A DNA stretch of 64,000 bases from a bacterium (GTDB taxonomy: Bacteria > Bdellovibrionota_C > UBA2361 > CALJRW01). The stretch lies in assembly GCA_031385045.1 (NCBI GenBank), contig JANNBC010000007.1:64001-128000 (forward strand), in the 5' to 3' direction. The first letter of the stretch is position 1; each line of letters opens with the position of its first letter. This document shows, one piece after another, positions 40,692 to 49,545 of this stretch. The position numbers and the translations under genes are program-made. The notes beneath the pieces are model-generated. The model searched no databases. It was given only the letters and a program-made list of their open reading frames with translations, and was not told the origin of the DNA.

Positions 40692-42196
40692 ATATTAAAG
40701 AATTCTTAAACTCAAAACACTTTGGAGCTTACGGAGCAAAGCCTTATGGCACGGCAGAACCAACACTAAAATCTTTTTCTCCAATTGATAACTGCCTACT
40801 AGCTTCAGTTCCCGTTGCTAGTAGTAGTGATTATGAAAATGTGATTTCCGATTTACAAAAAACATTTCTAACTTGGCGCAGCCATCCCGCACCAAAGCGG
40901 GGTTTAATTATGAGAGAGATTGGTGAAGAGCTACGTCGCACTAAAAATGACCTGGCTGAATTAGTTAGCTTAGAAGTTGGCAAATCACTTGAGCAAGCTA
41001 AGGGTGAAGTCCAAGAGGCGATTGATATTATTGATTATGCCGTCGGACTTTCTAGGCAACTTTATGGAAATACCATGAAGTCAGAGCGTCCAGGTCATCG
41101 TATGATGGAGCAATGGCATCCTTTGGGAATTGTTGGTGTGATCACTGCTTTTAATTTTCCTGTAGCTGTTTGGTCTTGGAATGCAATTATTGCCGGAGTC
41201 TGTGGAAATGTGATGCTTTGGAAACCATCAGAGATTGCGCCCCTAACCTCAATTGCACTGAGCACTATTGCCAATAAAATTACTAGCCAACATGGATTTC
41301 CGGCAGTCTTTGGATTAATTATTGGAGATGGTCCAGAACTTGGAAAGCGCCTGGCAGCTGACTCTAGAGTTGCATTAGTTTCGGCAACTGGCTCATGTGA
41401 GATGGGTAAATCTGTAGCAGAAACTGTTGGAAAAAGATTAGGCCGCACACTTCTTGAGCTTGGTGGTAATAATGCAATTATAGTTATGGATGATGCCGAC
41501 TTAAAATTGGCTGTTCCCGGAATAGTTTTTAGTGCTGTCGCTACTGCCGGTCAACGATGTACTTCTGCCCGAAGAATTTTAGTTCAAAAAAATATTCGGG
41601 AAGAGCTTGAGGCACGATTAATTAAAGCCTATCAACAAATTCGAGTCGGTAATCCCTTAGATCCTAAAACTTTAGTCGGGCCATTAATTAATAAAAATGC
41701 GGTAAAAAACTATTTGAATACCATCTCCTTAAGTGATTCTCAGGGTGGAAAATTACTAACTGGTGGAAAAGTTTTATCAAATATGCCCTCCGATCTTTAT
41801 GTGCAGCCAACATTAATTGCGGGCCATAAAAGCATGTCAATTATCCAAGAAGAAACCTTTGCGCCAATTGCCTATATCATTGAATTTGCGGATTGGTCAG
41901 AAGCAATTGAGCTCCACAATAGTGTAAGACAGGGATTAAGTTCCGCAATTTTTACAAGCAATCTTAAATCTGCAGAATTATTTCTAGCCGAAGCTGGTTC
42001 AGACTGTGGCATAGCAAATGTTAATATTGGAACTTCTGGTGCCGAGATTGGTGGAGCTTTTGGAGGAGAAAAAGAAACCGGTGGTGGCAGGGAATCTGGT
42101 TCTGATTCTTGGAAAAACTATATGCGACGACAAACTAACACAATCAACTTTAGTGATGACTTGCCCCTAGCTCAAGGTATTAAGTTTGAAATCTAA
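40688..42196 (+). CDS. pcd: Aldehyde dehydrogenase family 7 (piperideine-6-carboxylate / 2-aminoadipate semialdehyde dehydrogenase)
   Basis: AFNFPVAVWSWN, LELGGNN, GQRCT, GAEIGGAFGGEKETGGGRESGSDSWK. Confidence 0.9.
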   Translation: MNIKEFLNSKHFGAYGAKPYGTAEPTLKSFSPIDNCLLASVPVASSSDYENVISDLQKTFLTWRSHPAPKRGLIMREIGEELRRTKNDLAELVSLEVGKSLEQAKGEVQEAIDIIDYAVGLSRQLYGNTMKSERPGHRMMEQWHPLGIVGVITAFNFPVAVWSWNAIIAGVCGNVMLWKPSEIAPLTSIALSTIANKITSQHGFPAVFGLIIGDGPELGKRLAADSRVALVSATGSCEMGKSVAETVGKRLGRTLLELGGNNAIIVMDDADLKLAVPGIVFSAVATAGQRCTSARRILVQKNIREELEARLIKAYQQIRVGNPLDPKTLVGPLINKNAVKNYLNTISLSDSQGGKLLTGGKVLSNMPSDLYVQPTLIAGHKSMSIIQEETFAPIAYIIEFADWSEAIELHNSVRQGLSSAIFTSNLKSAELFLAEAGSDCGIANVNIGTSGAEIGGAFGGEKETGGGRESGSDSWKNYMRRQTNTINFSDDLPLAQGIKFEI

Positions 42197-42219
42197 AAAA
42201 TATTTTTTAGCAGAGTGAC

Positions 42220-43383
42220 TTACCTAAAGGCTGAAATACCAGTTATGCGCTCGCCAATAACTAAGGCATGAATATCGTCTGTTCCTTCATAGGTTAAGAC
42301 TGATTCTAGATTATTAGCATGGCGCATTGCTTGATACTCATCAGAAATTCCATTTGCACCTAAAATTTCCCGAGCCATTCGAGCAATATTTAATGCTTCG
42401 CGAACATTATTTCGTTTTGCCATGGAGACTTGGGAGTGATGTAATAAATTTCGATCTTTTAATTTACCTAATTGAAATGCTAAGCCTTGAGCCTTGGTGA
42501 TCTCCGTGATCATATCGGCTAACTTTTTTTGGACTAACTGGAAGCCAGCAATTGGCTTATCAAATTGAACTCGGTTCGAAGCATAATTTAAAGCTTCGTC
42601 ATAGCAAGCCATGGCTGAACCAATTGCGCCCCAGGCAATTCCATAACGAGCCTGATTCAAGCATTTAAGTGGAGATTTTAAACCGTCAGATTCTGGTAAG
42701 ATATTTTCCTTTGGAATTAAACAATCATTAAAAACTAGCTCCCCAGTAATTGATGCCCGTAAGGACAGCTTACCTTTCATTTCAATTCCTAAAAAACCAG
42801 TTGTACCTTGTTCGACTAGAAAACCGCGAACTACTCCATTTAATTTTGCCCAGACCACTGCGACATCAGCAATTGATCCATTGGTAATCCACATCTTAGA
42901 TCCATTTAGCAGATATCCCTCAGCAACTTCTTCTGCAACTGTGATCATTCCTCCCGGGTCAGAGCCATGATCAGGCTCAGTTAAACCAAAGCAACCAATT
43001 TTTTCACCAGTCGCAAGCAGTGGTAACCACTGCATCTTCTGCTCTTCAGTACCAAAAGTATAAATTGGATACATCACTAAAGAACTTTGCACTGAAGCAA
43101 AACTACGAAGGCCACTATCGCCACGCTCTAATTCTTGCATAATTAAACCATAGGCTACGGCACCTAGCCCTGCGCCACCAAACTCTTCTGGCAATGTAGA
43201 CCCAAACGCACCTAATGAACCCAGTTCTTTAACAATTTTCTTAGGAAAGGTTCCAGCACGATAATGCTCGCCAATTATTGGAAGAATTTCTTTATCAACA
43301 TAGGATCTAACCATGTTGCGGATTGATAACTCCTCTTCAGATAAGAGTAGATCGAAATTATAAAAATCTGCGCCATGAAACAT
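42220..43383 (-). CDS. gcdH: Glutaryl-CoA dehydrogenase
   Basis: ELERGDSGLRS, GCFGLTEPDHGSDPG, SLRASITG, TYEGT. Confidence 0.9.
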   Translation of the reverse strand: MFHGADFYNFDLLLSEEELSIRNMVRSYVDKEILPIIGEHYRAGTFPKKIVKELGSLGAFGSTLPEEFGGAGLGAVAYGLIMQELERGDSGLRSFASVQSSLVMYPIYTFGTEEQKMQWLPLLATGEKIGCFGLTEPDHGSDPGGMITVAEEVAEGYLLNGSKMWITNGSIADVAVVWAKLNGVVRGFLVEQGTTGFLGIEMKGKLSLRASITGELVFNDCLIPKENILPESDGLKSPLKCLNQARYGIAWGAIGSAMACYDEALNYASNRVQFDKPIAGFQLVQKKLADMITEITKAQGLAFQLGKLKDRNLLHHSQVSMAKRNNVREALNIARMAREILGANGISDEYQAMRHANNLESVLTYEGTDDIHALVIGERITGISAFR

Positions 43384-43576
43384 ATCCAGTGACTCCTTTT
43401 TAAGTATGATCTCATAGTTAAGTCGGAAAATGAAGATCTTAAAATACTGTAAATTGCTGAGGAATGTCGATTGCTTACTATCTAAAATCGATTTGCTACT
43501 AAAAAGCTACTATAATTAGCTCTAGAACTGATGGAAGATATTTTTAGAGTTTAAGTTCCTATTGCTCAAACATCAA

Positions 43577-44301
43577 ATGGCAAAGCAAATAACTAAGGAA
43601 TTTTTTTTGAACCAAAGAAATTTGAGCTTTCGCCTGAGAAGAATAACATCTCTCGTTATTTAATACTTTCTTTCTTGATCCATATAGGACTAATTGCCTT
43701 ATTAGTTTCAACAACAAGAAAAGTTACTACAAAATTAGAAAAAATAATTCTGAGCTCAGGGATTATTTTGCAAATCACTCATCCAACAATCGCAATTACA
43801 AAAATCTCAGATTCATTAATAAAAAAAGAAATTACTAAGCCGACGAAAAAAGAACCTATTGAGCAACCAAAAATTACTGAAAAGCCAAGCATTACTCAAG
43901 CTAAAGAAAAAACCGCTTTAGAGTCCCAAGCGGAAAGTTTCCCAGAAACTCTTGAGACAGCTAGCGAAAACTCCGCAAAAGCCTTAGGTGCAAATGTTAT
44001 GATTGGCACTGTTGCTATAACAAATTATGAAAATATCCTAGCAAATTGGCTAGAACGGTATCGTTCTTATCCAAGACTTGCCTTAAGAAAAAAGATTACG
44101 GGAGAAGGATTACTTTATGTTAAGATTAATCAAGATGGCAAAGTCCTTGATTATGACTTACAAAAATCTACCAACGAACCTTTGCTAGATGAAGCAATAA
44201 TTACAATATTGAAAAAGGCCGATCCACTGCCAAAAATTCCCTTAGAATTTAAAACTTCTCAATTTGAATTCTCTGTGCCAATTGACTTTAAAATCAATTA
44301 A
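43577..44301 (+). CDS. tonB: TonB-family energy transducer; 5' part frameshifted at a T8 tract (track ORF 43675-44301)
   Basis: C-terminal YPRLALRKKITG...LDEA...F TonB domain; upstream in-frame SFLIH TM motif; ATG 43577 joins this frame if T8 (43601-43608) were T9. Confidence 0.75.
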
Positions 44302-44310
44302 TTTCTAAGG

Positions 44311-44733
44311 TATACTAAAACCCATCGTGTTTTCTAACAGTTTGGAAAAATCTAATAGATTTTTCAATATTTCGGCTTTTAGTATATTTGTCTTCCCCAG
44401 TACTCAGCCTTATAAAATAAGGATGAGTACCTTAGCGACCCCCAAGGGTAGCTTCAAGTGCTTCGCACTTGATATACTAAGCGCCTTTGTATTTTTGGCA
44501 ATTTTGATTGTCGCTTAGTATATACTAAAACCCATCGGGGTTTTCCTAACAGCTTGGAAAAAATCTAATAGATTTTTCAGTGTTTAGGCTTTTAGTATAC
44601 TTGTCTTCCCCAGTACTCAGCCTTATAAAATAAGGATGAGTACCTTTGCGACCCCCTAGGGTCGCTTCAAGTGCTTCGCACTTGATATACTAAGCGCCTT
44701 TGTATTTTTGGCAATTTTGATTGTCGCTTAGTA
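44311..44733. repeat. Two tandem copies (210 and 213 bp) of a multi-hairpin REP/MITE-like element
   Basis: Units 44311-44520 and 44521-44733, near-identical, each with five stem-loops. Confidence 0.9.
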
Positions 44734-44758
44734 TATTTTTACTAGTAAGTAATAAATA

Positions 44759-45559
44759 TTAACGGCGATCACTTACTAATGATTCTTCGGATAAATTAAT
44801 TGAAATAGTTATGGGAGCATTGGCCATCTTAGACTGACAGGTTGTCACCACCTGCTCTAGTTCTACTTTCAAATCTAAAAAATAATGCGGAGCAAATTGA
44901 TAATTAGGCTTAAACTTTAAGTCTTCACTAAGCAGGATTAATGCTTTTTCAGCATAAGCAGAAACTGCTTGAAGAGTTTTATCTACTAGCTTCTGTTCTG
45001 TTGGATAGGTTGCAGAGACTTGCTCGCAAAGATTAATCACAGCGTTTAGTTGTCCAAAACTTTGAGACTTAAATAATTTATAGCCCGCGAAATCTGTTAG
45101 TAAGCTAAGCATCTGCTCTAGTTCGTTGCTATTGATTTTATGATCAAGTTGCTCTGGCATAAGTTGGCTTAAAGTTGGAAGTCGACTAGCAGCATCCTTC
45201 CATTCCAACTTAGGATCTAAATCTACATGAATCCCATAAGCAATATACCCAGCGCCTTGTAGCTGATCAGGGTAAGTCCGCCCAACTTTAAAAACTTTCT
45301 CGCCTAGCTCTTCTCTTAAGTAAGAAACGCCTGCATCACGTAAATTATAAAATATGGAACAATTATTTAGATCAACTGGTGGAAGGCTTTTTTGAAAATT
45401 AACATAAGCCTGAAGATCAACTGGACTATAGGATAAACAATCCATGGCAATCCCCTTTAAGTCATATTCTGGAGTTGGTTGATGAATAGCAGCTTCTTCG
45501 GCCCGATGAGTATTGCGATCGATTACAGCAAACGCGGATTCTTCAGCTAATCTTGGCAT
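44759..45559 (-). CDS. Hypothetical protein
   Basis: 266-aa ORF, AAGG RBS, no recognised motif. Confidence 0.7.
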   Translation of the reverse strand: MPRLAEESAFAVIDRNTHRAEEAAIHQPTPEYDLKGIAMDCLSYSPVDLQAYVNFQKSLPPVDLNNCSIFYNLRDAGVSYLREELGEKVFKVGRTYPDQLQGAGYIAYGIHVDLDPKLEWKDAASRLPTLSQLMPEQLDHKINSNELEQMLSLLTDFAGYKLFKSQSFGQLNAVINLCEQVSATYPTEQKLVDKTLQAVSAYAEKALILLSEDLKFKPNYQFAPHYFLDLKVELEQVVTTCQSKMANAPITISINLSEESLVSDRR

Positions 45560-46326
45560 CTATGACCTTTTTACAGATAAACTACTTAACAGTTATGCTA
45601 TCGGGAATTCAGATGTTAAGAAACCTAAAAGGATGCTTCCTCAAAATAATTTATTAGAAGTGAATAGTTTGATCTAATTTTCAGTGTCCACCATTAGCAA
45701 AAATTAATCTTTAATTTTCACTTAAAAAAACTAGCTTAATAGCAATCTTTCACTCTCACAGTAGATTTAAAGTATTAATTGATAGACTCAAATTGAGCCT
45801 AAAGTCTTTCTAAATTTTTAAATCCCACTGAGTGCTAATGCAATCATTTCCACTAGAATGATCGTTCTTAATTTGCTGGCGATTTGTGATGTCTTACCAA
45901 TACTTTAATAAAAAGAACCTGCAGAGATTGCTAGGATGATAAAAAGAACTCTGAAACGCATCCTCCAAATCTAGAATAGCCAATTAAACATTGAATTCCC
46001 ACATTCCCTTAAGAGAATCTCTTTATTGCCAACATTAGTAATTCAAGATGGAATATTGCTTCAACTATGTAACATGTCACAGAGCTGACGAGAGGGGGAA
46101 CTATCCCAAGCTATCTAAACTTGAGATAGACTAAGTAATTTCAGGTAGATATCGACCTAATGACAATTATCAAGGCCTGCTGCATCTAAATCAATCAAAT
46201 TTAATCCTATTACACTAGTAATTGCTAAACTGAAAAAGAAGGATCTTTACGGCATCAGTTACTTTCGCAATCGATGATTTGAGGTTATATTAACCATAGA
46301 GATTTAGGCAGATTAGGGCTTAGGTC

Positions 46327-46354
46327 TCAGGTTTTAAGTTCAAATCTCCGACAT
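46327..46354 (+). promoter_or_regulatory. Possible sigma28-like promoter
   Basis: TCAGGTTT-N12-TCCGACAT, 75 nt upstream of ATG 46429. Confidence 0.35.
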
Positions 46355-46360
46355 AGATAT

Positions 46361-46394
46361 TTAGAGTTAATTAATATTTTTTAATTAACTCTAA
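46361..46394. promoter_or_regulatory. Perfect 14-bp inverted repeat in the leader of the secreted protein gene
   Basis: TTAGAGTTAATTAA-tatttt-TTAATTAACTCTAA. Confidence 0.5.
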
Positions 46395-46428
46395 CAACCT
46401 TGGTCAAGGATTTAGATAAAGGTTTACC

Positions 46429-47853
46429 ATGAATATTTTTAAGCATGTCTTTATTGGCACAATTTTGCTTGTCGCCAACATTACCTCCGCAGCTCCGATC
46501 GATTATAATAACGATTCTTATTCTGACCCCTCAACTGTCGTTGCGGGAACAAGTCTTAAATGGGATTCAATTATTCAGAATGAAACAGAAACTGTGCTTG
46601 AGTCATTCGGCCAAGCAGGACAACATCTAGTTCCAGGAAAATATAGTTCCCGTAAAACCCAGCCAGCAACTGTTGATTCCAATGGCGTCTGGAGAATTAG
46701 CAACGATTCCAGTATTAATTTTGGAGATAGTGATTCAGTTTTTATTGCCGGTGCTGACTTTGATGGTGATGACCGCACAGACTTAGCTTACGCTAGTAAT
46801 GCTTGTGTAAATATTAATTCAACCTTTAGTATTCTAACAAACCCGCTCGGAGAAACTCCAATTTATCGAGAAGTTAATGCAACTCGCGGCGCAAATTTTA
46901 AAACTTACCTTGATTCAAATAATGATAACATCGATGAGATTTGCTCACTTTTACCAATCAAAATCTCACATAAAATTACTAATAAATTTAAAATTCAATG
47001 TACAAATGTAATTAGTAATACAAGTTCTGTTCGCTTTACAGTGGGACGTGTGAACAATGTTCCAGTCAGAGTTAAAGTTAAAAACCAACCTGACCTATTG
47101 ATGATCTATGATCAGACTGCCGCTGAAACTCGCTTCCGCTTACTAAATATGCAAGGACAGGTAGTAGATCGATTAGCAATTAATCACTTAGGAACTATTG
47201 TAATTGGTAATTTTACTTCTCAGGAATCAGAGCAAATTGCAATAGTTGACAATAACGGCTTGGCAAAAGTTTATGATGTCTTAATAAAATCAATTAGTGA
47301 TTTAACTTTCCCGGATGGAATACCCTACGATCAAGTTAATATTGTAAACTTCAAAGACAATCAGGACTGTTTTTGTTCTACAAAAAGCATTGCTCGCAAC
47401 AAGAGCTGCAGGACTAATTCCACAAAGCCTGAAGTGCCAATCGAAGAAGTGAAAGAATTTTATATTCCAGATAACTGCAGTAATCCTCCAGAGCATATTA
47501 GCTATAATGATGGATTCAAATGTATCGCGAGTTCAACTCGCGGAGGAAGCATTGTCTGCGTGCTGCCTTATCAATTTACATGGGAGCCCTACCATAATGT
47601 GACCGATCATCATAATATGACCTATGCCTGTAACAAAAATGATGCGCACTTTGATAGTGTAAATTTAGTCTTAAAATCTGGAGATCGCATACCACTTGAT
47701 TTCGCCTACTGCGCGAATTATGTTGCCACAGTTGATGGACCAATTGGACGACAACACTTCCGCAATGAGAATTATCAATGGAGTAGTGTTAGTCATAAAG
47801 TCGCATCTATCGAGATGGTCAGAGGTGATCAGAAAACTTGTCTCCGATTCTAG
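46429..47853 (+). CDS. Secreted protein with FG-GAP/VCBS-like Ca2+-binding repeats and Cys-rich C-terminal domain
   Basis: Signal peptide; DYNNDSYSD, DFDGDDRTD, DSNNDNIDE motifs. Confidence 0.75.
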   Translation: MNIFKHVFIGTILLVANITSAAPIDYNNDSYSDPSTVVAGTSLKWDSIIQNETETVLESFGQAGQHLVPGKYSSRKTQPATVDSNGVWRISNDSSINFGDSDSVFIAGADFDGDDRTDLAYASNACVNINSTFSILTNPLGETPIYREVNATRGANFKTYLDSNNDNIDEICSLLPIKISHKITNKFKIQCTNVISNTSSVRFTVGRVNNVPVRVKVKNQPDLLMIYDQTAAETRFRLLNMQGQVVDRLAINHLGTIVIGNFTSQESEQIAIVDNNGLAKVYDVLIKSISDLTFPDGIPYDQVNIVNFKDNQDCFCSTKSIARNKSCRTNSTKPEVPIEEVKEFYIPDNCSNPPEHISYNDGFKCIASSTRGGSIVCVLPYQFTWEPYHNVTDHHNMTYACNKNDAHFDSVNLVLKSGDRIPLDFAYCANYVATVDGPIGRQHFRNENYQWSSVSHKVASIEMVRGDQKTCLRF

Positions 47854-48382
47854 TAGTTTAATTCTGAGTTAAAGGCAGATTTCCAAGGAAGAAACTGGGA
47901 ACAATTTGGAAATTTACTAACAAAATACTTGAGGGCATCTTTTAGAATATTTTGCTGATCGATTGGCACACTAAGTTGATAGGTATTAGCTATGATTGGG
48001 TCAAGTTTTCGGACTGATATACCAGCAATCGATTCCAGTTGAATTATGAAATAATTATTGGCAAATGATAAAGCGACGACAGCTGGGGTACTCAGATAAG
48101 TAGTTGATTCTTTAGCGAGACTTATAAATTAACAGCAGTGAGCAGCTACCTAATTTTGAAGTGTCTATAGAATAATTATTCTCAAAAATTAAAACCGATT
48201 ATAACCTGTTATTCATAAATCCGGCATTTTAACTAATTATTAGCAGGTAATTTAATAGCCAAAAATCGTCGCTAATATCTTTTAGAATAAATATTTGTGG
48301 GGACTAAAAAAAATCTTAAAAATCTTCCTAAAATGTTTTATACTAATCACTGGTATGGTTTTTCTTGTACGGTCTTAAAACA

Positions 48383-48398
48383 AGGCAAGTGCTTTGCA
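48383..48398 (+). promoter_or_regulatory. Possible sigma54 (-24/-12) promoter
   Basis: AGGCAAGTGCTTTGCA: GG-N10-GC, about 100 nt upstream of ATG 48496. Confidence 0.35.
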
Positions 48399-48495
48399 AT
48401 TTTTTTAGTTGAATAAATTTACTTAGAATTAATCAAAGTATTTTAATTCTAAATGTTAAAATTTAATTTTAAACCGTAATTTTTCACCTGGAGAC

Positions 48496-48675
48496 ATGAT
48501 GAAAAAAGAATTTCCTAATCAAAAACAAACAAAAATAGTCTGGAAAGAATACTCACCAAGAGAGCTATACGAGTTAACAATCCGCATTATGGAACAGCGG
48601 ATTGAAAATAATCGCCACAATAAAATGCTTAATTACTTCAATCAAACTTTACCAGAGAAGTTTAAGGTTCAGTAA
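48496..48675 (+). CDS. Small hypothetical protein (59 aa), below the ORF-track cutoff
   Basis: GGAG RBS; MMKKEFPNQKQTKIVWKEYSPRELYELTIRIMEQRIENN... Confidence 0.55.
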   Translation: MMKKEFPNQKQTKIVWKEYSPRELYELTIRIMEQRIENNRHNKMLNYFNQTLPEKFKVQ

Positions 48676-48765
48676 GCAATCTGCCTCGAAGAGAATATAC
48701 TTCAGAAAAACCAACGCGCTTTGTGGCATTGTAGTAGTCGCTCAAATTCTCTAGTATTTGAGCAT

Positions 48766-49389
48766 ATGAACAAAAAACAAGTTTTGATATTTTCCTTAGT
48801 TATTCCATTTATGATTCTGATTGGTTACTTCCTCTATGTAACAAAAGTAAGTGGGCAACATTATCAGTCAATAAATCTTTTAGAGAACACAAAACTGCAC
48901 CTTGGCAACTTGATCTTTAGTAGTAATGCCTCTGTTAGTCCAAATTCAATTGAGCCTATTAGGCTAGCCCCTAGTGGAAATCCATACCGCTTTAATCTAA
49001 CTGTCGGATATACACATAAAGTAGGCCGTTCTAGCTTAAAACAAACTAAATATACCCACCATTTTAGTGTTAAAGATTCTGCTGGTATCAGCGTATTGGA
49101 AGATACCAAAAACAATCAAAATAAGAATCAACTGGGAGGAAACACAAAACTAACAGTTCATAGTGAATCTTTAGGAGTTCTAGAAGTTGCTAAGGAAGGT
49201 CTCTATAATCTTGATTTAAAAATTGAACCAGGAAATGCCGAGATTCATTCGGTTCAAATTCACATTAGAAAAAATGTAGCTAAGTTTAATACCTTAGTTC
49301 TAACCTTGCTAATTTTAGCAATTTTACCTGGGTTAATCATGACTATTAAAAATTTCTCCAAGAAATCAGCCAGTACCAAGCTTATCTAA
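48766..49389 (+). CDS. Membrane protein with N- and C-terminal TM helices
   Basis: ATG 48766; two hydrophobic segments flanking a beta-rich domain. Confidence 0.7.
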   Translation: MNKKQVLIFSLVIPFMILIGYFLYVTKVSGQHYQSINLLENTKLHLGNLIFSSNASVSPNSIEPIRLAPSGNPYRFNLTVGYTHKVGRSSLKQTKYTHHFSVKDSAGISVLEDTKNNQNKNQLGGNTKLTVHSESLGVLEVAKEGLYNLDLKIEPGNAEIHSVQIHIRKNVAKFNTLVLTLLILAILPGLIMTIKNFSKKSASTKLI

Positions 49390-49545
49390 CTAAAAAGACT
49401 AAAGAATTTATACAAAAGTATTAAATTTTAGCAACACTTTGCTAAAATTACTCATAACAACTGGCAAATATAGTAAACAAACTTTACATTTAATCCACTG
49501 TAGGGAACCTCTGGGTCTTCGAGGATTAAAATGTCCAAATGACAC

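Noticed and set aside
44311..44733. Tandem repeat read as a CRISPR array, and ORF 44327-44518 within it
   Set aside because: Units are ~210 bp with no unique spacers; the ORF lies wholly in palindromic repeat DNA.
45598..45628. Sigma28-like motif upstream of gene 44759-45559
   Set aside because: CCCGATAG is present, but the -35-like TTAGGTTT is 15 nt away rather than 11-12.
46085..46140. CTGACGA hammerhead-ribozyme-like core
   Set aside because: No GAAA after a stem II and no consistent stems I/III.
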